Assembly (NCBI GenBank): GCA_024704765.1 | Contig: JAKMXF010000177.1 | Span: 186,001-250,000 of the forward strand | Reading direction: 5' to 3' | DNA from: Oopsacas minuta | Taxonomy: Eukaryota; Animalia; Porifera | DNA length: 64,000 bases | Part shown: positions 9,531-22,256 of the stretch, piece after piece | Position numbering within the stretch: the stretch's first letter is position 1 | Layout: each line of letters starts with the position of its first letter | Notes under the pieces: generated by a model | Database searches by the model: none | Told to the model about the DNA's origin: nothing | The model's input: the letters and a program-made list of their open reading frames with translations, nothing else | Translations under genes and position numbers: made by a program

Positions 9531-11151
9531 GTGGGGTGATGGCAGCCGACAGTGGTATTGAAGCTGCAGTGCCATGCCTCTACGGCGCTGGTTGTACGGG
9601 GGAGTCCTAAGGGCGTGCCGATGTGGTTGTTCCACAGGTGAATAGGGTACGTCGCCGCTACATGGTATCCGGTGACCAAGTGTGCGGCCGATATACGTCC
9701 TCTCAAAGTAGTCGACTTGTTCGCCTATCTCAGGCGTAAGGGGGAGGTCCATTGCCACTTGATCAAACAGATCGGGTACGTCTGCTGGTCGGGCAAAAGC
9801 AAGGGCTGGTATCCTCCGGATGCGCATATCCAACTCTTCGTCATGTGTGTAGACAGACTGCAGCCCTACAGACTGCACATGTCGCCAGATATTCTGTGTG
9901 AGGTGGAAGAAGCAGCACTTCACTACTGTGCTAGGCCAGATATGCTCAAAGCTGGTAATCGCGCACTTCTCAAAGTCCAGAAGCATCTGTTGAGGCTGGG
10001 CAAGTGGACACAGTAGGCGGATCTGTTCCCACATCCTCAGGTAGGCAGCCTCCGTCTTGTGGGCAGTAGCACGAACAGGCTCGGTAACAGATGACCGGTC
10101 TTCATAGGATCATCTCCTCCACGGAGTTCATGCACCACATACACCTGGGCGAAGAGGGGAGATGCAGTCTTGAAGGTGCCATCAGCTAGCCAGATCTTGC
10201 TTCGCTGCAGCATCCCGAGGTTGTGTTGTGTCCCGAAGACGAGGAATCTGTGTACATCGTCTGCACCAGAGTCGTAGAGTAAGAACTGTTCTCCCTTGGC
10301 TGTCTGCTGGTAGACTGCTGGTAGAGCTAGCTCTGCTAGAGTGGTAGGCTGTACTGGCGCTGCAAGGACACTAGCACGTTGGCGTTGTATTGTCCGCTTC
10401 AGGCTGTCCAGCTTGGGTAGTTTAGCAGCAGTACCCTCTGATGCTGTTTGCAAACTCTCTCCCACTATGTGGTGTGTGCTATCCTGGGACTCCCGCGCTT
10501 TCCTCTTGATGCCCAGCTTCGTCTCGCAACAGCTCACAGCCTGCTCGTCAGGCGCATGAGTATGTTCACTCGTGCGCTTTACTATCTCGGTATCTTGGGT
10601 GTGAATTCTTGCCTTACAAGTTCCCCTCTCCTCGCACTGCCAGTGCACCACATCTCCAATCCTCTTCTGTACAGTGTACACGTAGGCTCCTCTGTTCGTC
10701 CTGATCAACCTGAATGGTTGATCAGAAGGAGGCTCTGCCCTTAGCGAAAAAAAATAGAAAAAATACAATAAAAACACAATAAAAAATTATTTGAGAAAAT
10801 TGATCTGAACAATGGAAGCAACCAATCCTATTTATTGAATTTTGAAGCTTATTGACTTCATAAAACAGCTGTACGATGTTTACAGAGTCTATAATTTGAT
10901 GCTGATTACTTGAGGTTTACATTCCAATTCGTGTATAAACATTATCAGTTGTTTCGAATTATTTGATTGACGGGATTCTACAAGGGTATATTTTATAATA
11001 TTCAAGGGGGAATAATTAAATTAAAAATAATAATTAAAATTGACCAATCAAATAAGTAGCGAAATGTCGTGTAACGAAATGTTGTGGAGCGAAATGTCGT
11101 GTAATGAAATGTCGCTGTAGCGAAATATCGTGTAACGAAATGTCGGTATCC
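9032..11151 (-). mobile_element. Mutator-like (MULE) element with FLYWCH + MULE transposase pseudogene; one terminus retained, 3' end replaced by foldback
   Basis: ORF 10037-10777 (FLYWCH-type HWQCEERGTCKARIHT...HTH; WLADGTFK), ORF 9498-10034 (LLDFE; CCFFHLTQNIWR) and ORF 9314-9706 (LPRTTSAVEAWH), with at least two frameshifts. Subterminal tandem CGAAATGTCGTGTAA-like repeats at 11079-11151 end in a GGATACC terminus on the minus strand. Confidence 0.92.
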
Positions 11152-12101
11152 GAGTTAGAGTGTATTTTAACACTCCAGATTTCTGCGATTGCACTCTATT
11201 TTGGCCATACTATTCTACATTTACGATTTCGGAAATTTCCTTGATTACAGTAGATAATAGATTTTTCATTATTTATAGGGCACATAATTTTGACCTCATA
11301 ATTTTCACTATGTCCACATACAATGGACCTCGTTAATATGAACATAAACGGACTGCCAAATTTAGTTCGCCTAATCCGGAATTCGAATTTCCGGAGTATC
11401 ACCAATTGAATAACCACTATGTGCAAACGATTATGTCTAAATATTTGTTAGTCATATGCGGAAATTCGCATTAACCGTGTTTGCATTTAAGAATATCCGG
11501 TGTATCACTATTTGAATATTATTATGTACGATAATTACAATATGGTATTTCCCTGAATAAGTGCTGTCCTTTATAAGCGAATCATGAACTATACTCAAAC
11601 AATAATTGCTGAATATTTTATGGGAATAGTCCTAAATTCAAAAACTAGATATAATCACTGTTGTACATAAGAATCAACAATGCCAATCGATTCTTCACCA
11701 TTAATTTACAACAAGAAATTTCTTGTAAAAATTGAAGTTTCTGAATTAATTCCCATTGAACAAATTGGCCCACTTTGACGTCTTTAGTGATTGACACTTA
11801 AGAGTTGTTTTTGTCACTATATCTAAACAATCATCATTTCGATAGAAGAAAAACCTAAGTGAGATACAAATCTATAATAAAATGCATAATTAAAGAGAAT
11901 ATTGGCTGCAAATACGAGGGAGAGAAACTGATGATAGGTAAATTTCTTAATGAGTAATATTTTGTATTTAATGAATATGATTGGTCAAATAATCATAAAT
12001 TGACTTAATTTATCAATGATGAAAAAGGTAAAAATATTGAAATAATATGATCACATTAATAGATTTCTGATGAAGCACGGTATTAATGGCAATCTATCTA
12101 G

Positions 12102-14243
12102 TCATTCCATTTTCATATTTTCACTCTGTATACCTTTGTGAATAGCATCCACTTTTTCAATTCTTGTAATGTCATTAGCAATTTCTTGATTAACAAACTT
12201 GTCCAAAGACTTTGTGTTTGTATTTCGAATTTTCTTGAGTATATCTGTATATTCGCGATGATACTTTTGATAAGTAGGTTTGAGTGAACATCTACCTCCA
12301 TTGTGTGCATTACTATATTTAGATTTTCGTGGTGCTTCGATATCAAGAAATTTTATTGACTTTGATTTTAACAGTGGAAATCGAAAATAATTACTGCAAA
12401 TCTGAAAATTTGTTTTTAAAATGTGTAAACAAGTCTCAATAGTACACATAAACATAACAGGGAGTTCATTATAATTTCTTATTTGTTTAAGAGTTTCATA
12501 TAAGTGAGGAATATTCTTAAGAAAATATGAAGAATTATGATAATATTCAATATAGTTAGATAAAAGAATAAGAGCACTGTATATGAGGGCTGAAGATAAA
12601 TAATTTTGGCTGGGCTTCTGATCGGCATGAAGATGTATACCATATTTTCCTAGATTTTGTGAGAAATTGTAATTTACATTTGAAATCTTGGAGATATATT
12701 GTAAATCTGTAGAATCAGAAATATATGCAAATGAGACATCTGAATGTAAATATAGCGAAAGGAATTTAGCAAGAAACGTCAATGGTTCTGGGACAAAAAT
12801 TTTCAAGTAAACAATTATTTGATAAATTGAATGAGATAGCAATATTAAATATAAAACATCGTCTACGTCTGTGAACGTGTATGTCGAAAATATACTGTTA
12901 CATATACTCAACCCCAATGTAATTAATGACATGTTTCTTAGTAGTTTTATATCAAGTGAAGAGAAAAAGAAATATAATATAAGCACAGCTTCAATTATAT
13001 CGTGATTGCTATCGAAATAATGTTCCGTCATAAAAATTGTTCTCAAATGAAATATATTTTCGAGAAAGAAAGACAACACATGCTGTTTATGCAAGCAACA
13101 CAAACAGGCTATGGATGAATGCATGACGTCTAGGTAGTTAGTAATTTGTGTTGGAAATGTAGTTGATTTCAACGGAAAATTTAAAATCACTTTGCAAATA
13201 ACTCTCACATATTCCATTAATCTTGTTTGATCATTATCTTTTGATAGTATTGTCAGACAAGATTCAAACAATGAATTAAACTCGTAATTAGAGTTGACGC
13301 TATTAAATACTGAAGAAACTTCTTCTAAGAAACTAGATTCATTATAATGGAAAGTGTTAAGAATTTGTCCTCTATCAGGTAAAAAATGCTTTGTAACTGA
13401 TTTAGGATGATCAAATATCTCCTTTTGATTACCTCGACCGAGTAAAGGAGATAATTCAACAGTCGGCTCATCATATAACCCGATATGTAAGCATGAATTT
13501 TGTGCATCTTTAGTAGCATCCAACAAAACTGGAAGAAAATCTTCAGTGTTATGTTTTTGAGGGGTACAGAAAGTAGAGTCTTGAACAAGCTCCGTCAATA
13601 AATAATCGAAAGAGTCTATAGTCTGATTTTCCCACATAGCTGGGTTAGGATTCATAGAACCTTTAATCCTGTCCCACTCTAAATCTACATTAGACATATT
13701 TTGGGTTGTTCTACACACGGACATTAAGTGGGGACTAATATTCTCCTGAAAGTTTAATAGCGGGGAATTCCTATCCTTGGTGTACCCTAAATTAATCGAA
13801 CTTTGTGAATTGATGAAAATATCACGACATCTAAGCTCATTTGCATTCAATTCTGAGAAATATGATTTGAAGGATTCTAATTGTGATTTATGAATAGAGA
13901 GGCTGCTTCGAGGTCCGCAAGTATGCTCTGTAAGGGAGAATGGCAAAGACTTTTTATTTTTCAGGTAAAAGGAAAACCTATCAAGATATTTATCGTCTTC
14001 GCTCCTATCATTGTCAAGATTTGAAATTCTTTTATCGTTCAGTGCATTGACTCTAACCTTGATTCCATTTTGAAAGAAAGAATAATTTTTGTAATGTGAA
14101 TATTTTTGACTCGTATAACCAGGATTGTAAACGGGTGAATCTTTTGCAGTTTTCGCTAGAATAATTGACTTCCTGCAATTATGGAAGGGATCATGCGAAC
14201 TCTTTAGACTGAATTCATATTGGTGTCGTCGGTTTCGTTTCAT
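12102..14243 (-). CDS. NOP14: Nucleolar protein 14-like (small-subunit processome factor), highly diverged, single exon, 713 aa
   Basis: Intact long ORF. The N-terminal VNALNDKRISNLDNDRSEDDKYLDRF resembles Nop14 SNVFRDKRFGEYNSNMSPEEKMMKRF. IVYLKIFVPEPLTFLAKFL resembles Nop14 VALSQRFIPELINFLLGIL. The C-terminal helix YQKYHREYTDILKKIR...TRIEKVDAIHKGIQSE resembles KREFKGAVREIRKD...RKRKVKQLFNSLATQE. Recognition is by eye. Confidence 0.68.
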   Translation of the reverse strand: MKRNRRHQYEFSLKSSHDPFHNCRKSIILAKTAKDSPVYNPGYTSQKYSHYKNYSFFQNGIKVRVNALNDKRISNLDNDRSEDDKYLDRFSFYLKNKKSLPFSLTEHTCGPRSSLSIHKSQLESFKSYFSELNANELRCRDIFINSQSSINLGYTKDRNSPLLNFQENISPHLMSVCRTTQNMSNVDLEWDRIKGSMNPNPAMWENQTIDSFDYLLTELVQDSTFCTPQKHNTEDFLPVLLDATKDAQNSCLHIGLYDEPTVELSPLLGRGNQKEIFDHPKSVTKHFLPDRGQILNTFHYNESSFLEEVSSVFNSVNSNYEFNSLFESCLTILSKDNDQTRLMEYVRVICKVILNFPLKSTTFPTQITNYLDVMHSSIACLCCLHKQHVLSFFLENIFHLRTIFMTEHYFDSNHDIIEAVLILYFFFSSLDIKLLRNMSLITLGLSICNSIFSTYTFTDVDDVLYLILLSHSIYQIIVYLKIFVPEPLTFLAKFLSLYLHSDVSFAYISDSTDLQYISKISNVNYNFSQNLGKYGIHLHADQKPSQNYLSSALIYSALILLSNYIEYYHNSSYFLKNIPHLYETLKQIRNYNELPVMFMCTIETCLHILKTNFQICSNYFRFPLLKSKSIKFLDIEAPRKSKYSNAHNGGRCSLKPTYQKYHREYTDILKKIRNTNTKSLDKFVNQEIANDITRIEKVDAIHKGIQSENMKME

Positions 14244-14296
14244 ATATAAGCAAACTAGGAATATAATATTTGGATTAGGCCATGTAAAATGAATTA

Positions 14297-14533
14297 CCGT
14301 GAACTGGGGCTACTTGAGCCCACTGGGTTTGCTTTAATCAAATATTGAAATTTCCTTACGTATCGAATAGATATTGCATTAGTATTCGAAGTTGTCTACC
14401 GATATTTGAAAATTCTTTAAAAGTTTTTGGCAAGTCATTTTGAAGTATAATACTGAATCCAATCTAGTTTCTTTGAAACTTGATATTTGGGCTAAAAGCA
14501 AACCCAGTGGGCCAAAGTGGCCCCAGACTACGG
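14297..14533. mobile_element. Tc1/mariner-pogo-type MITE upstream of the NOP14-like start codon
   Basis: About 40-bp imperfect TIRs (CCGTGAACTGGGGCTACTTGAGCCCACTGGGTTTGCTTT), with TA on both flanks. Confidence 0.8.
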
Positions 14534-15269
14534 TACTTGTTTCTCATCCGGAATTTCTTCAGAAACTTGGAACGGCGGACGGGATTTTATCTTTATTGGC
14601 CATTTAATATGTAAAATAAGATGACCCTTCAATTATCTCATCACATACTTTCTGGGCAGAAGATATTAATTTTTCAACTATATAAGTATTAAAATATGGA
14701 TTGCACACTCTCTGACGGGAGCCATAATTTCCCAATTAGATAGACCCGATCCTGTTTAGACTTCCCGAATGAGTTGGCCTCCAGGTATGACAGTATGACG
14801 TTATGTGAATATATTTCAAATAATATAATACGAACACTGGATATTATTCAATAGTGGTGGGAGTAAGGTCGGATAAAATTAATGAATGGCAGAACTCTCG
14901 GCCCCGGAATTCAATCATAGTTAAGTGAATAATTGAGTTGCATATATTATAGTAGACAGTAAAAGGTTAGATTGTTAAAGATAATAAGAACCAAAAACAA
15001 GTAAATACAAGCTAAAGTTGTAGGCAATACCCCTAAGATAGCATATCTAGCGTTTACAATGTCGAACTATTTGACAATCCCTGGATAACTGGATTTCGTT
15101 TTTCAAAATTCAGGAATTTAAAATATCTTGATGATGAATAGAAAAATACATTAGATTTCCAGACTACCCAGTTACAACGTGGTCAGATATTATATCTAAT
15201 ATATTGATGAATGATTTAAAGAAAATTAAATGAGCAATAAAGGACTATTGAAGCATTTTCTTCCTTAAG

Positions 15270-16400
15270 GTTTTTCGGGATAAAGCAAAGCTTGTCCAGC
15301 GTTTCATCCCCTAATCTTGTTCCGAATTTAGTGCATAGATATGCAGTTGAAGAAAAAGCTCTTCTTGCTTCAACAGATGTTGGAGAATAGTCAAGAGCAT
15401 TTGGTTTATTTAATATAAATAATATCTTCTCTTCTGCGTCTCTTCTGCTTTGTTAGCCATATTTCAAGTAAGTTGAGATAGATTGATTTCTTGTACTATT
15501 TCGTGTGGCTTTCTCATAGACTGATCAATTGGTAGCGGTAATTTTTGGCGACATATATATATATATATATATCTTCAAACATATCAAGTATTGACCAAGC
15601 TTAGTCAATTAAGAATTCTTCATTATCTACTTTTCCTAGTATTCTGGACATAATTCAGTACAAAACGCGCTAACTACTGTGTTTTATCATGGCGCGGCGT
15701 GCATGTGGATTGTGAATAGATTGGATGATTAGTGAAGTTTTGGTATAGAGTCCTGAACCATTCGCTAGTTTATTGCTTCTTGAATTCGGGAATTGTAAGT
15801 AGAGAACTTTTTAGTTTCATCAATTAGGAACATTACTGTAGCTTCAGCTGTGATCAAATTTTTATTCGCCTATATAGTACATATAGCTACTAAAGCTATC
15901 TTGATTGGATATAAATCTCCAAAAATTGTAATTGTCATCTCAATAACCAAGATCTCCTAATGCTTTTTGGATGGGGAACTTGACCTGAATTATTCTTTGA
16001 AACATGTCGAGTAGAGAACTCCATTAAGTCTGACAATCAAAAATCACATGCAACCCATTTGGATATAGTTCATTCACGTGTCTTTATAAGATTTCATTTT
16101 GAGAGGTGAACGTTAAATGATTTTAACAATTCGACGTACTTTTTCTCGTTTCATAGATATCCAAATTTACAACTATAGCATTTTGTGTCCCTGAAGAACC
16201 CAAAACAATGTTCATCATAATCATCATTTCATCTTCTTCATTCGTATCACTTGTAATCAGTCCAATATATCAAACTGAAGGCCATGGGCATAGCCAAACT
16301 GCATAAATATGGCACTATTCTACCCAGCTTCTCATCATGGAGCAAACATCAGTTTTGATTGAAATAGCATCTTTTTCGAATTCCATCCCAAATTGGGTGA
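15270..16400 (-). mobile_element. Decayed hAT transposase
   Basis: GYAHGLQFDILD (cf. C.AH.LQL), DCQT*WSSLLDMF (cf. D.KTRWSS), and the dimerisation-domain motif PTSVEARRAFSSTAYLCTKFGTRLGDETLDKLCF. Confidence 0.8.
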
Positions 16401-16488
16401 GATTAAATAAGTACATACAGTAACTCTTTAGAAAATTTCTCCTTTATTCTGATTAGTCGAAGATTGCAAAAGCTTCTACTATCATGTA

Positions 16489-16840
16489 CAGGGGCGTCGC
16501 AACAGGGGGGTGAGGGGCCCTTCACTTTTTGGGGCTATCCAAATAGTGTATCAAGCTATTTCAAAAACGTATTTGGACTTACACTGTTGTATGTAGACCC
16601 ACCTCTAGCCTTTCAATCATGTAATTTGTTTCCAATTTGTTCTGGCCAGTGTGGATTGAAGTAGCAAATGAATTTGTTGGAGGCTCTGATTATTGTCAAT
16701 CTCCATTTGGAAATTTGTAATGAATGATCTTAAACACTTTATTCAATTATTTATTATCCTAAGAATATTTCATTATTTACTAAAACTATATAAATCATAA
16801 ATTGGTGCCCTTCACTTTAAATTTATTTCCGACGCACATG
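16489..16840. mobile_element. hAT-type MITE
   Basis: Imperfect TIRs CAGGGGCGTCG / CGACGCACATG. The 8-bp flanks ATCATGTA and ACAATGTA match at 6 of 8 positions. Confidence 0.6.
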
Positions 16841-17183
16841 ACAATGTACGAGTACATTGATATTTTGATTTCCTTTGTTTTGCATTGATTTCCACTCATT
16901 TTGTGGGAAGCTAAAATATTTACTTTTTGATCTAACATTACGTAAACCTCTGGTAACTTCATCACGTAACTGTTTCCCGTATTTTAGTACCTGGTCTCAT
17001 ATTCGCCCTTTACCAGGGATGCCATATATGGCCTGCATGCCTGCTGCAATCCTGAAAAATCTTCTGGACCGATTCGTACCAAATTTGGAATATAGAACCT
17101 TTATATATACTACTATATTGTACTATTGTATAGTACAATGCACTAGAATTGAAATTATCATATATTAAATCGTTTCTTTCTAG

Positions 17184-18420
17184 ATCATGTGTCGATTAGG
17201 ATGTCCATCTGACATAATATCTGATCAGGGCAGAGATTTTTGAATGAATCATCACGGTTATGTACGAACTAGTACAATACACTAGCTCGTACATAATTGT
17301 AAAGTATATACACACACTTATATACTTAAGAGTTCAATCCAGGTGTGAATGTTTTGATAGAAAAATGTTACAAGAAGGGACATAAAGAAGGAAAATTCGG
17401 AGGCTGGGTACTTACACAGTTCACCAAAACCTTGGAAAGGCCTTTATCAATTAAAAAACATGGATAACTCTACACTAACCAAGAAATGCAATATCAACAG
17501 GTTAAAGGTATTCTACAGTTTTCTTGGCCTGAACTTATAATATATGAGCCTTTCGAGTTCAGCGACAGTCCAGACATTTCGCACAAGATTTAAATTTAAC
17601 ATAATTATCTATTTCAGCGAGACAATTCCCAAGAAGGCGAACCTGACACAATGCAAAAGGAGGAATAACATGGTAACAATCAAGATTCACGAATGGATCG
17701 GAGAAAGATATAGGAGATTCCAGAAAAGGAAATGTTCAGAGGAAGACGATAGGGTCCAAACATTCAGGAGATCATGGAACAGATCTAAGCAATCCTCGAA
17801 AGCGAAAACTTAAAAATCTGCTGCAGCACAAAGAGCAGAAGATTGAGGATGAAAAAAGAATCATCTACATGGATGAGGAGATTGTACATGTGATAGATAT
17901 AACCTCTGTGGAACTTTCACAAGTAAATAAATGTTCTACACTAAGCTCAAGAAAAAATACAGGCCTTTCATTTAAAGAAGTGCTACAAGATAATAATACA
18001 TCGCTTCCAGACACAGTAATTCACGCTCCCGAGAAATTAATCCGTCAGAAAAACCCATCTATGAATGGTTTGCAGGACCCAATCTTCGGACAAACACTTT
18101 GCTTTAAGCAATGAAGTAAGAGGTCGTGTAAATATTGCACTCAGGCGAAATCACTGGATAACAATATGCACAATATCCTGTATGACAATCTTCCAGCCTG
18201 TATGACAACTTCCAGACGAAGGAACAAATCTGCACTTTAATGGAAGGCCACATCTAATCAATTTAATGAATGTTGTCTAGTCACAGAACAACTAATTTGA
18301 TTGCGGAGTTTCGCAATAGCGTTTGCAACAGCTCTTTGTGAAGGCAAAAGTCCAGAAGAGATGTCTTCCAAAAAGAAACTCTGCATAAACATCTTAAAGC
18401 AATATATTAATTATATTCAA
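17184..18420 (+). pseudogene. Decayed Ginger1-type integrase with GPY/F-like region and C-terminal Ulp1 (C48) protease
   Basis: LGCPSDIISDQGRDF (integrase core); F.PGVNVLI...GKF...LG.GLYQLK (GPY/F-like region); LPDTVIHAPEKLIRQKNPSMNGLQDPIFGQTL, an HW motif, and DCGV-AIAFATALCEGKSPE (Ulp1 catalytic Cys context). Many stops and frameshifts. Confidence 0.72.
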
Positions 18421-19037
18421 TGTTTTATTATCTAATGACAAATGTTTCCTAGTGCCCCTCGTACGAATACACTACTTATGCGTATACGTCTGGTTATGTA
18501 TACAATCTTTCAAGATATGGCTGTTTGTCCTAATATCTGAGAGGACTATTTTCTTTCTTGATTATCTAAGGATAGATTTTACCCAAACCTTAGTGTTGGA
18601 AATGATATATCTTTGCCTCTGTATCAGGTGGATTAAAAACTAAACGGTTTTGAACAGATTTTGCATAATTCAATTAGTCAGTGGAGCACTTTTGACAAAT
18701 TGACTATGCTTTTGAAATTATAATTTTGAAAATTACTAGTAGGATGTAAATTCCATACCCAACATGAATAGAATGGAATGAGGAATTTATCATGTATGGA
18801 TAATCTATGCCAATTACTAATAATAACGAGGTATTCGAAACATGGATCCTTAATTAAGAAATATAGTCAGCCAAACTTTTTAATAATTTATCCTACTTTT
18901 CACTATGTTCAAATATTGTTGCCTTTTTGAATTTACACGATCATCCAGATAGGAACACCGGAACATGTAGCAACTATCTACGGTATAAATACCCCCTAAC
19001 TTACATCTAGTGATTCTTCAATGAGGTTAAGTGCCCA

Positions 19038-19341
19038 CAGGGCCAGATTGACCCCATGGGGGGCCTGAGACGCTAATGAATCAGGGGGCCTCATTTTATA
19101 TAATATTACAATATACTTATCATTCTAATCAATGTATCTTGATAACGATATCGTACTATACGCAAAATTTAAAGTAATATAAATTAAACAACAGATTATA
19201 ATAATCTTAAACTATTGGAGGAGTCTGAATTATCAAGGGGGCCGTACATTATTCAGTGATCCGATAGTTATTGAGGGCCCCGAATATATCGTGGAGCCCT
19301 GGGGTACCAGCCCCTAGTGCCCCATGGTAAATACGGTCCTG
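19038..19341. mobile_element. hAT-type MITE
   Basis: TIRs CAGGGCCAGATTGACCCCATGGGG / CCCCATGGTAAATACGGTCCTG. TSD AGTGCCCA / AGTACCCA (7 of 8). Confidence 0.75.
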
Positions 19342-19705
19342 AGTACCCATGTAGTATTCTACTGGAATTGTAATGAGTTAAATGGTGGAGAATTATCCGA
19401 TGGTCTTGTGAGTGTCACCTGATCAACAATAATATATGTTTAAACCTAGCTGCCAAATGACTCACAGTTAGGCATTCAAACACTGGACTCTAAGAATTCG
19501 GATATCCAGGAAGTGAATTAATTTTCATCTCGTGATCCTAGGTTAGGTTAGAATATAAGTAAATGAACCAAAAAATATGCAAATTTGAAATTCTTCCGCG
19601 GGCCACATTAAACTTTCGGCGGGATGATTTGGCCCGCCTTTTGAAAACCCCTGCTCTAACCAATGTATTTGTCAGTGTATCACTCCCGAAAAGAGAACTG
19701 AACAA

Positions 19706-20242
19706 TTTAACCTCAATGAAGATTTAATAGATGGGTACTTAACCTCATTTTTTGAATATTCACTAAATGGGTACGTTACCTCAGTAAAGATTCAATAGAG
19801 GAATAGATGGGTCTCAATCTCATTGAAGATACACTAGATGTGTTCTTAACCTCACTAACATTATAATTCAAGATAGGGATGTGTATTGCTTTAGTTGGGT
19901 TTAATGTTGTTCTTGTGGTTGATAAACCGCAGATTTGTTTGTAATTTACAAGCAAATCAGCAATAAATACATTGAGGTATTCGACTGCACACGGGAGTCA
20001 AGTTTTTAATGCCAAATGTGAGTCAATTAGGAGTCTTTTGTATACATATTTGTTATAGCTGATCTGGTGATACTCACAAGACCCTCACATAATTCCTCAC
20101 GACATCCTCAATACTATTCATGTGCCAAACTACATGGGTACTAAACATCAATGATGATTTATTCGATGGGTACTTATCCCCAGTGAAGATTCACTGGGTA
20201 TGACTTAACAAAATGAAGAATTACTAGATGGGTACTTTACCC
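19706..20242. repeat. Degenerate minisatellite of about 31 bp (approximate consensus AGATGGGTACTTAACCTCAnTGAAGATTCACT) in two blocks, 19706-19855 and 20133-20242
   Basis: About eight recognisable imperfect copies. An inverted copy lies at about 19003-19037 and 19342-19352, split by the MITE. Confidence 0.65.
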
Positions 20243-22256
20243 AGGGCCGTAGATCTCGGGAGGTAAGGGGTGAAATACCTCCCACTTATATGCATGGGGA
20301 TTCTCTAAGTAATCATCCCCCGGCATTTTAACTTTTGTGATTCGTCTACATGATTTTTGCTCTCAAATCTTTTGTGCTTCAGCAGCTATCCTCTTGTTAT
20401 ATTCAAATTACACTGTTCTCGAGTATGTTTTCAAAGAGATGAATCTGAGATATCATTCCCTATTCCTAGTCATTGAATTATATGCAAGAATCCGGATAAA
20501 TGTGTACTTGTAAATAATCTCTATCGTACTTATTAATAATTCGAACTCGTAGAGGCTCTTCGAATAATTGTCACTAGTTTTTCTTTAAATTAGTATTGAT
20601 CATTTTCTTTGGGAATACATTTCAATTTTTGCCTCAGCGTATTTAATTCTGCATGTTAAATCGAAAACGATGACAAAGTGTATAAACAGTGGCTTAACAA
20701 TAGGCAGTTCATTGAACCAGGGCCCTGATGTCCAGAGGTGCCCCCAAATTTGAATTCAATCGAGGTCTACACAGAATTTCTGATAGACTTCAATCACATT
20801 TAATTAATTTAATATAATTATTCCAAGGCCGGCAGAACCAGTTTCTTCTTCTCGATTTTTCGCCTCTGCCTGTAACAATTATGTTATCTGAAATAATTTA
20901 CGTATTTCTCATTCATATAACGGTAGTTCTCTTCATACTATAAGAAAGAATGAAGAGAAAATATGTTTCTTGTAATGCAAAGAGAGCGGAAAATGCACAC
21001 AAGTAGTGGCGTATTGAAGTGGGTTATTTTGGTTCAAACACCCCCTCATAACTGGTTTCCTAAAAGGGATATGTTGTTATTTATAATTCAATTTTCCTTA
21101 ATAAGTGCAGAGCTTTTAGAATCATATTTACAGAATGCTATCCAACTTTCACAACTATATTTTAACGAGTTTTCCAGACGATATCTCAAAAGACTCCAAA
21201 TGGCTAATGTATAAGTAAACTAAATTTGTATTTACTAATTTGTATAGATATAATTATGTAATAAGATTATCATGTTATCTAAACATAAACATCTAAACAA
21301 CTTTGGTACAACTGCACAATATTAGACTTCTCCTACTATGTGACAAGAATAGCTGTACATCGATGTTTGAGCCTTTAAGATTCAAAAATTTCTGGGGACT
21401 TGCACCCCAGACCCCTACCATACCGTCGCTCGCTTCACTCGCTCCAGAGCACCCACTCCCACAATGATCCTTGATACGCCACTGAACAAGAAAAGATATC
21501 TTAGCAAAACGTTACTATGTTAGGTTTTGTTTATATCTAAGTACTAGAATATTATACTAATGTGCATACCATTATCGGGTTAATGGCTTTGTGACAAATG
21601 TAGGGATCCATGCGTCTGAAAACCATTCTCACAACTGAGAAGGTTGGTTCCGAATTTGAAAAACATCAAAATCTCCGAAACTCATGAAAATTGTGAATTA
21701 TAGTTTGAACTGATGGGGACTCGCCCATAATTTGAACCGGGGCCCCAAAACCTTAGTTACGCCACTTTGTATAAATGGTTCTGAATACTGTCAACTTACA
21801 TCACATAACTAGTTCTCAATAAAGTATTTAAAGTTACATACTAACAACCGTTTCTATTTTCTAATTCTTTCTTAGATCAGTTACTATGTCTAATAACCCA
21901 AAACGAGTTGGTACAACTATAGAATCCGACCACTCCAAACATTATTAATGTAGTCAGAAATCCCTATATGCACCGTTAAATAACTCGTTGAAAGAAGCTG
22001 ATAGAACTTTAGAACTCAGAAATCGGATGAAAATTGACGAATTTACGAAATATTCCCCTAAATAAGCCAAAATCACATAGAGAGATCGTATTAGCCACTA
22101 TACTGTAATAATGCTGATGAATTCTATACAAACTACCATAGGAATGCACATATAATCAATCTTGCGGTCATATCAACGCTTTCGTCAGTTGATTGATTCT
22201 TTTATGAATATACTAGTTTGTTTAATTTGTAGTTATTACTATTAAGAACGGTCAAA

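Noticed and set aside
9672-10744. Plus-strand ORFs 9672-10016, 10341-10559 and 10448-10744
   Set aside because: They are antisense shadows of the GC-rich MULE transposase.
19706-20242. CRISPR-like array
   Set aside because: The units are degenerate tandem repeats without unique spacers, in a eukaryotic context with no cas genes.
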